From NCBI RefSeq assembly GCF_009914755.1, contig NC_060937.1: a DNA stretch of 64,000 nt; one strand, 5' to 3'. Shown here one piece after another: positions 31,049 through 44,784 of the stretch. Under the pieces are notes generated by a model, which saw only the letters and a program-made list of their open reading frames with translations, ran no database searches and had not been told where the DNA came from. Source of the stretch: the human T2T-CHM13v2.0 reference genome, Homo sapiens. The position numbers and the translations under genes were made by a program. The first letter of the stretch is position 1; the number at the start of each line of letters is the position of its first letter.

Positions 31049-33501
31049 TCTGGTTTCTAAAAGCCTCCCCGGGGATGTTGATCATCATTTGTCTCCATTT
31101 AAAAAATCACTGATATAAACATTTCTGGAGTGTGCAGGTTCAAAAGTTTAAAACTAGATTAAAATATTTCTGCACTTTCTGCCATTTAATTGCACTCTTT
31201 ATATTGGAAAATTTTGCAATTACCAAGACTCTTCTTATTCATTTGAAAGTATCTGCTATGGAAAAAACTACATGAGGGTGGGGCCAAAATGGCCAAATAG
31301 AAGCAACTGTGTCCACGGCAATCACAGAGGAATGAAAGTGATGAGTGAATTCAGCACCTTCAACTGAAATATTCAAGTTCTTGCATTGGGACTGACTAGG
31401 CAAACAATCTGACCCACGGAGAATGAAGAAAAGCAGGGTGGGTGACTACCCACCGGGGAGCAGCATGGGGGCAAAGGAACCCCCAACCCCAGCCAAGAGA
31501 AGTGGTGAGTGATTGTGTGACTTCACCTGATAAACCAGCCTCTTCCACAGATCTTTGCAACCCATGGATCAGGAAATCCCCTCATGAGTCTGCGCCACCA
31601 GAGTCTGATACGCAGAGCTGTGTGGAGTTAGGACAGAGCAGCCATTCAGACATACACAAAAACCAAGGAGTTTTAAATACTCTGGTCCCAGGATCCTTGG
31701 CAAAGTGGAAGATACATCCAAACATATCCCTAGAAAGAGGGCTAAATCCAGGGAGCCAAGCAGCGTTGTTCTGAAGACCCCACTTCTACAGGACCTCACA
31801 AGTTAAGACCCACTGGTGTGAAATTCTAGTGTGCCAACAGCAACAGGCTGAAGTCTGCCTGAGTCAAGACCAAGTTCCCAGGGGAGGGATGGCTGGCATC
31901 TCTGCAGTTCTGTAGACTCAGCTGTCCTAGCCTGCCAGCTTTGGAGAATACAGATGGTCCAGACAAGAAAGGGCCTCCAACAACACAACACAGCTGCCTT
32001 ACCAGATTGTGGCCAGACTGCTTCTTTAAGCAAGACCCCAATCCACTCCACCTCACTGGGTGGAACTCCCCTGTGAGGGCTTCAGCCACTTCAGCCAGGG
32101 TTCCACAGACAGAGCTCTGATCTCTCCCTGGGACAAAGCTCCTGGGGATAGGGGGAACTGCCATCTCTGACGTTTGGTTTTGACCCAGCTGTTTCAGCCT
32201 GCTGGCTTTGGAGAATCCAAACAGTCTGGATGAGGAAATGTCCTCCCAATACAGCACACCTGCTCTAACAGAAAGCAGCCAGACTGCTTCGGTAAGCGCG
32301 TCCCTGATCCCATTCCTCCTGAGTGGGCGAGACTTCCCAGCAAGGGTCTCCAGCCACCCCCTACAGGCACATTTGGGCTGGTAACAGGTCAGTACCCTCC
32401 TGGGATGGAGATTCCAGAGGAAAGAGCAGGCTGCCATCTTTGCTTCTTCAAAGACTTCACTGGTGAATCTCCAAGTACAAGGAAAACTGAGGCAACTGGA
32501 GTCTGGAGCAGACCCTCAGGAAACCGCAGCAGCCCTACAGTAGAGTGGCCTGACTGTTAAAGGAAAAACAAACAGAAAACAACAACAACAACAAGATCAA
32601 CACAAAAAGAACCCACAAAAACCCCATTCAAGGTCAGCAACCACAAATATCAAAGGTAGATAAGCCAACAAAGATGAAAAAGAATCGATGCAAAAACACT
32701 GAAAACTCAAAAAGCCAGAGAGCCTCTTCTCCTCCAAATGACAGCAACACATCTCCAGCAAGGGCACATAACTGGGCTGAGGTTGAGATGGCTGAATTGA
32801 CAGAGTAGGCTTCAGAAGGTAGCTAATAACGAATTCTGTTGAGTTAAAGGAGCATGTTGTAACCCAATGCAAAGAAGCTAAGAATCATGATTTAAAAAAT
32901 ACAGGAGCTGATAGCCAGAATAGCCAGTTTAGAGAGAAACATAATCGACCAATGGAGCTGAAAAACACAACATGAGAAGTTCACAATGCAGTCACAAGTA
33001 TTAATAGCAGAATAGAGCAAGCAGAGTAAAGAATCTCAGAGCTTGAAGACTATCTTTCCGAAATAAGACAGGCAGACAAGAATAGAGAAAACAGGATGAA
33101 AAGGAATGAACAACGCCTCCAAACAATATGAAATTATGTAAAGAGACTGAACCTACAACTGATTGGTATACTTAAAAGGGACAGGGAGAATAGAACAAAG
33201 TTGGAAAACATATTTCAAGATATCATCCAGGAGAAGTTCTCCAACCTAGCAATACAGGCCAACATTCAAATTCAGGAAATGCAGAGAACCCCAGTAAAAT
33301 ACTCCATGAAAAGGTCAACCTCAAGATGCATAATTATCAGATTCTCTGAGGTCAAAATGAAAGAAAAAATGTTAATGGCACCCAGAGAGAAAAGCCAGGT
33401 CACCTACAAAGGGAAGTCCATCAGACTAACTGTGGACCTCTGTGTGGAAACCCTACAAGCCAGAAGAAACTGGGAAGGGGGGAGGCAATATTCAACATTC
33501 T

Positions 33502-33642
33502 TTTTTTATTTTATTTATTTTATTTTAAGTTCTGAGATACATGTGCAGGATGTGCAGGTTTGTTACATAGGTAAACATGTGCCATGGTGATTTGCTGCAC
33601 TTTTCAACCCATCATCTAGGTATTAAGCCCTGCATCCATTAG
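33502..33642 (-). mobile_element. Very short L1PA (PA7-PA10-like) 3' end inserted antisense in the host L1 ORF1
   Basis: T-rich tail followed by CATGTGCAGGATGTGCAGGTTTGTTACATAGG. TSD core ATATTCAACA at 33488 and 33643. Confidence 0.88.
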
Positions 33643-34400
33643 ATATTCAACACTTTCAAAGAAAAAAAAAATTCCAACCCAGAATTTTATATCTGGGAAA
33701 CTGAGTTTCATAAGTGAAGGAGAAATAAGATCCTTTTCAGACAAACAAATTCTGAGGGAATTAGTCAGCACCAGGAGTGTCTTGCAAGAGCTCTGGAAAG
33801 AAGCACTAAATATGGAAAGGAAAAACTGTTACCAGCCACTACAAAAACACACTGAAGCACACAGACCAGTGATTCTATGAAGCAACCACATAAACAAGTC
33901 GGCAACATAACCAGCTAGCATCTTGATGAAAGGATCAAATTCACACATAACAATACTAACTTTAAACGTTAATGGGCTAAATGCCCCAACTAAAAGACAC
34001 AGAATAGCGAGTTGGATAAAGAACAAGGACTTATTGGTATACTGTCTTCAAGAGACCTATCTCATGTGGAAGGACACACATAGGTTCAAAATAAAGGGAT
34101 GGAGGAAAATTTACAAAGCAAATAGAAAACAGAAAAAATCAGGGATTGCAATCTTAGGTTCTGACAAAACAGAATTTAAACCAAGAACTATTACAAAAGA
34201 CAAAGAAGGGTATTACATAATGGTAAAGGGTTCAATTCAATAAGAAAAGATAACTATTCTACATATATGTGCACCCAATTCAGGAGGACCCAGATTCATA
34301 AAAAAAGTTCATAGAAACCAACAAAGAGACTTAGATTCCTACACAGTAATAGTGGGAGACTTTAACACCCGACTGACAATATTACACAGATCATCAAGAC

Positions 34401-35054
34401 AGAAATTGGCCAAAACAAAGGGGCCACAGGTCCGATGCAAGTCCAAAACCTGGCAGGGCACTCATTAAATCTTAAAGCCCCCACATAATCTCCTTTGATT
34501 CCATGTCTTACATCCAGGCCATGCTGATGCAAGGAGTGGGCTCTCAAGGCCTTGGGCAGCTCCATCCCTGTAGCTCTGCAGGATACAGCCCCCGTAGCTG
34601 CTTTCATGGGCTAACATTGAGTGCCTGTGGCTTTTCCAGATGCATGGTGCAAGCTGTTGGTGGATCTACAATCCTGGAAACTGGAGGACAATGGCCCTCT
34701 TCTCACAGGTTCACTAGGCAGTGCCCCAGTTGTGACTCTGTGCAGGGGCTCCAACCCCACATTTCCTCTCTATATTGCCCTAGTAGAGGTTCTCCATGAG
34801 GGCTCCACCCCTACAGACTTCTGCCTGGGCATCCAAACATTTTCATACATCCTCTGAAATCTAGGTGGAAGCTCCCAAAGCTCAGCTCTTGTCTTCTGCA
34901 TACCCACAGGCCCAACACCTCATGAAAGCTGATAAGGCTTGGGTCTTGTACCCTCTAAAGCAATACCCTGAGCTGTATATTGGCTCCTTTTAGCCACGGC
35001 TAGAGCTGGAGTGGCTGTGACACAGAGCACTAAGTCCAGAGGCTGCACAAAGCA
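34401..35054 (-). mobile_element. THE1/MST internal sequence, inverted relative to the adjacent 3' part
   Basis: AGAAATTGGCCAAAACAAAGGGG...CTGTGGCTTTTCCAG is antisense MaLR-int. Confidence 0.88.
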
Positions 35055-35661
35055 GCCAATTTCTCCCACTTGGAACAGGAACATTTACCCAATGCCTGTA
35101 CCTGCACTGTATCTTGGAAGTAACTAACTTGGTTTTGATTTTACGGGCTCATAGGCAGAAGGGACTTCCCTTGTCTTAGATAAGATTTTGGACTTGAACT
35201 TTTGGTTAATGCTGGAATGAGCTAAGACGTTGGGGAACTGTTGAGAAGGGATAATTGTATTATGCAGTGTTTGAAGAACATGAGATTTGGGAGGGGCCAG
35301 AGGCAGAATGATATGGCTTGGCTCTGTTTCCCCACCCAAATCTCATCTCAAATTGTAATCCCCACTTGTCAAGAGAAGGACCTGGTGGGATCATGGGGCC
35401 AGTTTCCCCCATGGTATTCTCGTGATAATGAGTGAGTACTCACAAGATCTAAGATTTAAAAGTGGCACTGCCTCCCTTTGCTCTGTCTCTCCAGCCACCT
35501 TTAGAAGAAGGTATTTCCTTCCCTTTTGCCTTTCATCAAGATTGTCAGTTTCCTGAGGCCTCCCCAGCCATGTGGAACTGTGAGTCAATTAAATTTCTTT
35601 TCTTTATAAATGACCCAGTCTCAGGTAGTTTTTTATATCAGTGTGAAAATTGACTAATACA
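35055..35661 (+). mobile_element. THE1 (C/D-like) internal 3' end, polypurine tract and 3' LTR (35309-35661)
   Basis: GCCAATTTCTCCC...GGGAGGGGCCAGAGGCAGAA|TGATATGG...GACTAATACA. Confidence 0.9.
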
Positions 35662-38600
35662 CCTTCCCACTCCATTTTCTAATTTTTATTGGATATTTCT
35701 TAACATTAAACCAACTTCCTGAGCATGAACCCCCATAATTAAATTTAGTTCACTTCAGCAGATGTTTTTAGTATTCCCACTAAATACCAGGTACTGTCAA
35801 ACACCCTGAGAACACAAACCTGAAAAAGTATTCACATCTGCCTTCCAGGAAGTTACAATAAATTGAGAAAGAATGCCAAGAAAAGAAGTAACTAAGATCC
35901 ATTAAGAAAGTGATCACTTACATCCATCATCTCAAGCATGGCATACTAATTCTCCCTTTTCAAATGCACAATTGCCTCTACTATGTTAACAATACAAAAA
36001 TCAGAAGTTGTTAATTTGACCTTGTTAACCACTCAAATTTTATTCCCTCTCCTTAAACTGCCCCCTCTCCAGCACACCCACACCAGATTTCTCCACTGAT
36101 GGCTTTGTTTCATCTCCTAGGAGACCTCTTCATGAAGAGCTAAAAACCACTGCTCAAATAATTCAGAGAGGACACAAATAAAAGGAAAAACATTCCATGC
36201 TCATGGATAGAAAAACCAATATCATGAAAATGGCCATACTGCCCAAAGTAATGTATAGATTCAATGCTATTTCCTTAAGCTACCATTGACATTCTTCACA
36301 GAATTAGAAAAAACTATTTTAAAGTTCACATGAAACCAAAAGAGCCTGAATAGCGAAGACAATCCAAAGCAAAAAGAACAAAGGTGGAGGCATAATGCTG
36401 TGTGGCATCAAAATGTATACTACAAGGTTACAATAACCAAAAAAGGATGGTACTGGTACAAGAACAGACACATGGACCAATGGAACAGAACAGAGAACTC
36501 AGAAATAAGACTGCACACCTACAACCATCTGATCTTCAACAAACCTGACAAAAACAAGCAATGGGGAAAGGATTCCCTATTTAATAAATGGTGCTGGGAG
36601 AACTGGCTAGCCATATGCAGAAAATTGAAACTGGACCCCTTCCTTTCACCATATACAAAAATTAACTCAAGATGGATTAAACACTTAAATGCAAAACCCA
36701 AAACTGTAAAAACCCTAGAAGAAAGATCTAGGCAATACCATTCAGGACATAGGCACAGGCAAAGATTTCACGAAATGCCAAAAACAATTGCAACAGAAGC
36801 AAAAAGTGACAAATGGGATCTAATTAAACTGAAAAGCTTCTGCCCAGCAAAAGAAACTGTGATCAGAGTGAACAGACAACCTAAAGAATGGGAGAAAATT
36901 TTTTCAATCTGACAAAGGTCTAATATCTAGAGTCTACAAAAAACTGAAACAAATTTACAAGAAAAGAAAAACAACCCATTAAATAGTGAGAAAAGGACCT
37001 GAACCAACACTTCTCAAAGGAAGTCATACATATGGCCAACAGATATTTGGAAAAAAAAAAAAAAGCTCAAAAACACTGATCATTAGAGAAATGCAAATCA
37101 AAATCACAATGAGTAACCATCTCACACCATTCAGAATGGTGATTATTAAAAAGTCCAGAAACAACAGATGCTGGCGAGGTTGCAGAGAAAAAGGAATGCT
37201 TTCACACTGCTGGTGGGAGGATAAATTAATTCAACCATGGTGGAAGACCATGAGGTGATTCCTCAAAGACCTGGAGGCAGAAATACCATTTGACCTGGCA
37301 ATCCCATCACTGGGTATAGTCCCAAAGGAATATAAGTCATTCTATTATAAAGATACATGCATGCAAATGTTCATTGCAGCACTATTCACAATAGCAAAGA
37401 CATGGAATCACAATAGCAAAGACATGGAATCAGTGAGAGACTGGATAAAGAAAATGTGGTACATATATACCATGGAATACTAGGCAGCCATAAAAAGGAA
37501 TGAGATCATGCTATTTGCAGGGACATGGATGGAGTTGGAAGGCATTATCCTCAGAAAACCAAAACAGGAACAGAAAACCAAACATGTTCTCACTTAGAAG
37601 TGGAAGCTGAATGATGAGAACACATGGACACACAGTGGGTAACAACACACACTGGGGCCTGTCAAAGGGGTGAGTGGGAGAAGGGAGAGTATCAGGAAGA
37701 ATAGCTAATGGATGCTGGGCTGAATACCTAGGTGATGGTATGATGTGTGCAGCATACCACCATGGCACACATTTACCTATGTAACAAACCTACGCATCCT
37801 GCACATGCACCCCTGAACTTAAAATAAAAGTTGAAAAAAAGAAGACAAAGAAATAGAAAAGTATCTTCTATTATTATTCCCTAAAACAACAAAACTCTAC
37901 CTTCTAACATGTATTATTTCAACATTATTTCACATGAAATAACTCCCAGATATAAAAATAAAGTTAGAAATTGAAAATCCACACTGGAAGTTTTAATCGT
38001 CTAAATCCAGGGATCCAGAGTTACTGGCAAATCATCCCATGACAGCCTATGAAATATACTAATCACAGGCCGCTGACTCAGTGGACATTCAATAAATAAG
38101 AACTGATGAAGATGAAAATATGTTGCTGCAAGTTGACTTTCAGTCTTAAATAACCACTTGCAAAACTCCACCTGAAAAATGTCCTGAATATAAAGAATAT
38201 TTATGAGTGACAGCTCTCTTCATCCCTTCCATACAAGTGATTTAGTTCCAGAAGATAATACTGGATCTCCAATATTGAGGTATTCATGTTTAAAGTCCAA
38301 TATGCGAATAGTTAAACACCCTATATAGGCATTACTACTGTCAATCAGAAAAGTAAGCAAAATTTTAAATAATAAAATAGATTTTATCTGTATTCAAAAA
38401 AAAATTTAATAGGAAAAATAAAAATCAAGAAACATGATCTGGTGAAATAATTTAAACAAAAGGCAGAAAGTGGAAATGCTAAAATTACAGACATAAATAT
38501 GTAAGATGCTTTGGGAGAGTGGCAATGAAGAAGAGCAACACTCCTGGCATATACACCATAGTATCTGAATTAAGGACTACAGCTCATAAAAGGGGACATT

Positions 38601-39140
38601 TGGTTACAGTATAAAAAGAAGAGCCTAATTAGGCTTTGTGAAATATTTGGACAGTTTCTAAAATCAAGTTATGGCTTTTTTTTAATTAAAAAGACTTTAA
38701 GGATGCCTTTAAGAATGATTAAAGTGAAATGTTTAGGCCAGTTTGCTGTAAACCTGAGTAAACTCCAAATTCTCGAGTCTTCTACTACACTGCAACAGCT
38801 CATTGTTGGGCTTCTCAAAAGTCCAGGAAAGGCTACATTTTCTCATGCTCACTAGCAAACTAATATATTTGTTTATATGCTCAAATATGATTTCAAAAAT
38901 AGGTCTTTTTTCTGAAATCTCTAAGGGTGTTAAGTGATTTTACTGGATGTGATTGTATCTAGTCTACAACTCAATTCTACAATTATTACATTAGAAAATA
39001 ACCACCTACTACTATACTGGGGAAGAAGAAAACATATTAAATGCTTATGAAACGATAATAAAATATTTTAGTTTTTCTTTTATTCCGCATTGATCTCTAC
39101 ATTAAAGGATACTCTTTTTTTCCTTTTAATTTGAATTTTT

Positions 39141-39271
39141 TGTTTTTTTCAGATGAGGGTCTCACTATGTTGGCCAGGATAGTCTCCAACTTCCAGCCTC
39201 CAGCAATCCTCCTGCCTCAGAATCCCATCCCAAGGTACTAGGATTAGAGGTGTGAGCCAATGTGCCAGGGA
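39141..39271 (-). mobile_element. Alu left monomer (FLAM_C-like)
   Basis: Single antisense arm with TSD TAATTTGAATTTTT (39127-39140 and 39272-39285). Confidence 0.85.
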
Positions 39272-40415
39272 TAATTTGAATTTTTAATAGTGAAGTTTTA
39301 CATTTTTGTATCATGTTTTTTAGCCATTTGGATACTCTGATCTGTAAGTTGTCCTTAAGGAGTCCATGGAAACACAGCACTCACTTTGAAAAAGGCACCT
39401 TTTAGGAGATGCGGTCCCCCTTAGCTTTTCCCTATGGTAGTTGCTCGCACTCAGCAGTAGGCAGGTTTCAGCTGGGAGGTGCAACCAGCCACTACACTCA
39501 CAGAAAGGTGACGCATGACTACAGAGCGAGCCCTATGCTGAGGGACGCTAAAATGATCCAGTCAGTTTCTCTTTGTTAAACATCACAGAGTTTCAGCGTG
39601 TGGTCCTGTGAGAAGTAGGTCAGACTATCAGTAAATGGTATTCTTGATGATTTCTTGTATGATAGATAATAAATTTTCAGAATAATAGGTTTTTCTTCTC
39701 AGATTGATGAAATCCAACACCTAGACAATGTCTCTAATTTCCTTCTTAACATTCCTAAATAGATTGTGAAAGGAATTGGGCTTTTTCTCATTAACACTGA
39801 CTGCACAACGCAAGCAGTGGCTTCCACTTCAGGTATAAAGAAAAAGCACATATAAGAAGCATCTAGCACAACAGTACAAAAGTGCTTAGGTAATAAGATT
39901 TATGTGTCTGGAGAATTTATATCCAGCCATTATTAGCCATTATTCAGAAGAAGCTTGAAATGTACATACAAATAAAAGAGAAAAAGTTGAAATCCTTAAG
40001 AAACAAACCTATAGCAATAGTCAGCATAGAGAATGCAAGGATAGACACTAGTTTGAAAACTGTAATTCTTGGTAGTTATGCAGCAGCATTCCCTAGGGTT
40101 AAAAAGACTAAAACACAAGAATCATAAGCAGAAGAACCCCAGAAAGTCCCATGATCATTGTTAATCTTTGGGTTCAGGATATCAATTTTAATAACTTTTG
40201 TAATTAAAAACTTAAATGATTTTTGTGTTATATCATCATATTAGGTAAAATAATTCAGTATTAGTATGACAAATGGTTATATTGTCAACAATATTATCTT
40301 ATTGGAAAATGAAAGATCGTCCAATTGAGTATCTTTCTAGAGAACTGATGACTAAAATATCAGAAAAATGTCATATTTGTAAATCACACACTATGTTCTA
40401 TGTGAAGATATTCTA

Positions 40416-40419
<4 letters not shown>

Positions 40420-40458
<39 letters not shown>
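40420..40458. repeat. (CA)n microsatellite
   Basis: Direct reading. Confidence 0.95.
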
Positions 40459-40460
<2 letters not shown>

Positions 40461-42669
40461 TCACAGAAATCTGAGACTATCCCATGCTATTTCGAATGCT
40501 CCTTCCTGCTCCTCCAATGCTGTGCTCTTCTGTTTGTTACAGAGCATATAACTGAAATATTCTCCTCCCCACTCTTTGTCCACTTAGTAGAGTCACAATC
40601 TTTCTTTAAGATTCAACTGAAGTGATTTATCCTCTATGAAGCACAACGTAAGCCCTTTATCACGATGTGTAGGACGGTGGCCACCCTCAACCCCATTTCC
40701 ATAGTCTTCTCTACTGCTGTGGTGTTTCCCATAGAGTACTGAAATTTGTTACAGGAGAATCTTTGTAGAATAATTGCAGAAAAGGTTAAAAGCACAGGGG
40801 CATAGATGAGTGAAAAATCCAGATATATGACTTATGAAAATATTAGCGGTATAGCTTGAATCAAATTGTTTAACATCTTTAAGGCTTAATTTCTACATCC
40901 TTAAAGTAGAGACAAATATGCCTACCTTACAGGTTACGATACAGGCTATGTGAGTTCATACATATAAAACATTGCACAGCATCGCTCCGATGGAAACAAG
41001 GAATTATAGTAACTGTAAGGAGGAGGAGGATGAAGAAGAGCATAGTAATGTTCCATTACTAGACTGTGAGCTCTATGAAACATTGAAGGCTTAAAATAAA
41101 CCTTAATCATCTTGGTATTTCCAGGGGTGAAAATCTACTATATTACAGATTATCAACAAATCTTCATTGAACTAAAAAAAAGAATAAACTGTAAGTAATT
41201 GCTCAGGAGATGTTATGTAGCAGTAAGAAAAGATGTGTAAGAAAAGGACAAGTAAAGACTACATTTGGAAGATAAATTTCTATTTTATCTAGCAATTGAT
41301 AGGTAACCATTAACATATCTAAAGCAAGGAAATGACATGATAAATGTTACCATTTTAGACATATAGGCAACAACCTGGAGAACAGATTGCAAATATTTTT
41401 ATTCTATGGATATAAATGAAAATATGTATTAGCTTCAGCCATGTATTCTCATTTCTATTACTGTAGATTTGAGGAAAAATAACGGCATTTTAAATAACAT
41501 TTTTCTCTGTTTTGTTCTGTTTATTAAATACTATTCAATCTAAGATTGGCATATATTTCCCTCGGATATTTTATACTCTCTGCCATATATATCTTTGTAT
41601 TATGTATATGTGAAACGATGAAAGTATGTATATGAGGTTGAAAGTTCATTGAAGTACTTTAACCACATTTTTAAAACTAAGTAATTAAAGAATAATAATG
41701 TAGAATTATAAGAATTTTCTAGTTGATATTCACAGAGGAAGAAATCTTAACAAGAATAGAAAGGTCCTTGGTAGGTCGGTTGAGCATTAAACATTTTATT
41801 CACATTTCGGCATTAGGAAATAAAAGTTATTAACTTTCTTGCTTTTAGATGCACTTAATACTCTGTAGAAATATCCTTGAGCCTCAGAGGCTATTTACCT
41901 TTCTTTGCAATGTACACATCTGTCAATCTTTAAAGAGCTGGAAAATTTGAATAACAAATCCTCTAAAGCAAATGGCATAGCATGCTTAAGTGTATCAGTT
42001 TGCTAACATGGATCTAGTCTTTCTCTTTACCATTATTCCTGCAATAAAAGCAAAATGTCAACAGGGAGTTGAGATTTAAGTAGTTTTTAAAAATGGAAAG
42101 GCTAGTGATTCTTATAGACAAAATACCATTTTATTAAATGTATTAAACATGAAATATTGTATTACTATCCCTTGAGGCTGAATAATATCAATTTGCCCAA
42201 TTAACAATATTTTAATCAATCATGACATCAAGCAAATTTTTATCTTTAAGCAGGTCTTGTGTTACACAGGTAGCTAAGATCAAGAATATAAGTCCTTACC
42301 TAGCTATAATGTGACCATAATAATAATAAAGGTAATTATTTTATTTATTAGGGGCTTTGAGGTGGCTTCACCAATAATACAGAAATCATGGAGATATTTT
42401 GCTCTCTGGAAGTGAATGGAAAAAGAAAGCTGGAATGAGGATTTAGGACTGGAATTCTACATATTTAACTATCTAAGCATTGTGTCAGTTAGAAGGAGTG
42501 CTTGTCATCTATGAAAGCAGAAGGAGTCACCAAGGTGAATGTTGTTAGTACCTGTGTCCTCATTGTCTAGGGGACCAGGAGCTTGAAGTGTCCTAGAGCC
42601 ACTGACAGAGATAAATGTTGGTGACTATAGCTAAAGAACTTCAAATATTCTGATATCCCAAATTAACAA

Positions 42670-43626
42670 AAATATAAAAATTAGTGAATTGGATTCATCA
42701 AAATTAATAACTTTTCCTCTTCAAAAGTTAACATTAATAAAAGAACAGGCCATAGACAAGGAGAAAATATGTGCAAAATATATGAAATGCTTGTAGCTTA
42801 ATAAGAAGACAAATAACCCTATTTAGAAAAGGTTAAAGGTAAATAGACATTTCACCAAAGAAGATATATATTCCCATAAAAAGATGTACATCAATCATCA
42901 TTAGAAACACTGAAAATAAAATTACAGTGAAATACCACCACACACACTAGCTTGGCTAAAATCAGAGAGACTGATAACACCCAGTGTTGGCAAAGATAAG
43001 GATAAACTGTAACCCTCTTGTATTGCTGATGAGAACATAAAATAGTATAACCATTTTGGAAACAGGTTAGCAGCCTTGTAATAAGTTCAACATACACTTA
43101 CCATATGGGCTACAAAGTATGAAAATAAATATTTACACAAAGGCTTATATGGAAATATTTATAGTATCTTTATTCATAATAACCAAAGAATAGAAGCAAC
43201 AAAAATGTACTTCAAACTGCTCAATGGATAAACAAATGGTAGCACATCCATACATTGAAATAATACTCAGAAATAAAAAGGAGAGAACTCCTGACTTATG
43301 CAACAGTATGGGTGAATCTCAAAAGCTAAATAAAAGAAGTCAGACACAAAAAACTATATATTATGTAATTTCATTTTTTCAAAACTTATGGAAAGGTAAA
43401 AACTATAGAGACATAAAGCAAATGAGTGGTTAACAGGGCAAAGGGATGAGAGTGAGGATTGGAAAATGGCAGGAAGAAACTTTTGGGGGGGGGGGTGACA
43501 GAAATGTCCTAAAACTGGATTTTAGTGATGGTTGCATATCTGCATAAATAGTAAAACTCACCAAACTGTACATTTAAAATGAAAGAATTATAGAGCTGTA
43601 AATTCTCCCTGAATAAAGCTGTTAAA
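42670..43626 (+). mobile_element. Old L1 (L1MD/ME-like) ORF2 end and 3'UTR
   Basis: AATAGACATTTCACCAAAGAAGATATA; TGGATAAACAAATG; AGAAGTCAGACACAAAA; terminal AATAAAGCTGTTAAA. Confidence 0.8.
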
Positions 43627-44559
43627 GCATTAAGAAAAGATGAAAGCCAAGGAAATTTCTATTTTAGTCTTATGAAAGGAATAAATATTATATAGATAGA
43701 GAGCATAAAATAATTTTAGAGAATGAGGAAATTTAAGTGACAATGTGCAAAACATCAAACTACAAAATGAATCAACAGTTGGCTATTTTCTAATTCCATC
43801 CTCTAACTGGTTCATTCTTTTTAAACTATAAGAGACCTTGCTGAACTAGTCGAGATAATGCAATATTTTTAATTAATTAATCCTGAATTGAAAACCAATT
43901 AAACAGATCCTAATAGTATCTGGAAGGCAATTTTTAGATGGCATGGCAAAGACTGAACAGAAACAGTCACCTAAAAAAATACATGTTAATGATCACCTAC
44001 TACACCTCTGAGTCATGTATTTCATCACAACATCAATCACAGTATAAAGTATAAATTTAAAGCCCATTTTAACAAACAATGGCTGAAGTCAACTGTGATC
44101 ATTCAACATGTTGTAGATAGTAGAGTACAAGTGCCGCTTCTGATAAATAAAGATAGTTTGTTCAAAATTCTGTGAATTTGAACAAAATTTCCATAACTGG
44201 ATTTTGACATCTCCCAGTCATGTTCCCATATCCCTATCAAAAGATCTAATATATAATTCATTTCTCTATAATTAATGTTTTAATTTTCTTTCTTCTTTAT
44301 TAGTTAACTTTTTGAGGACAGGTCTTATTTATATTACTTGTATATATTATCGTAAAAATATTTATCAAATCATTAGATGAATAAATACATAAATAAATAG
44401 GAAAAAGAAAAAAATGCTAGTGCAAATTTTTGGCAGTCCCGTATTGTTTGCCTGCTCACAGTACATACCTACTGATGAAAACTTGAACAAACTAAGCGAT
44501 TGCTACATCTGCTTATCAACCGACCCAGACTTTCACAGGATTCTGTTGAATGAAAACAC

Positions 44560-44721
44560 AGCGTATGTGAATCAGAAACTCATGGAAACCAGCCTGTTAG
44601 GAGACAAGTCTCCAGAAGTGTCTCAGGTTTCTACAGGTCTTGCAGAAAGACACTGCTACTGGTAAGCAATAGACTATCTTCTCAAGTATGTTTGGATAGT
44701 GAATAACCTGGGAAAGTGAGT

Positions 44722-44784
<63 letters not shown>

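Larger units (their letters stand above)
31260..37857 (+). mobile_element. L1PA13-like LINE-1 with both ends present; central ORF2 replaced by foreign DNA
   Basis: 5'UTR GGGGCCAAAATGGCC; ORF1 remnant (ENIFQDIIQEKFSNLA, 33201); ORF2 EN start (GSNSHITILTLNVNGLNAP, 33923); ORF2 C-terminus ([14 protein letters not shown], 36400); 3'UTR and A tail. Candidate TSD AAAGTATCT(G/T)CTAT at 31246-31259 and 37858-37871. Confidence 0.88.

Noticed and set aside
31826-32437. Longest ORF in the window (203 aa)
   Set aside because: It is an antisense reading of the GC-rich L1 5'UTR with no recognisable domain.
44157-44186. Hairpin TTTGTTCAAAATTC-TGT-GAATTTGAACAAA
   Set aside because: It is short, bulged and AT-rich, so plausible by chance and too short for a pre-miRNA.
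44414-44665. 83-aa ORF ending near a GTAAGC donor-like site
   Set aside because: It runs into an LTR remnant and has no convincing acceptor or homology.
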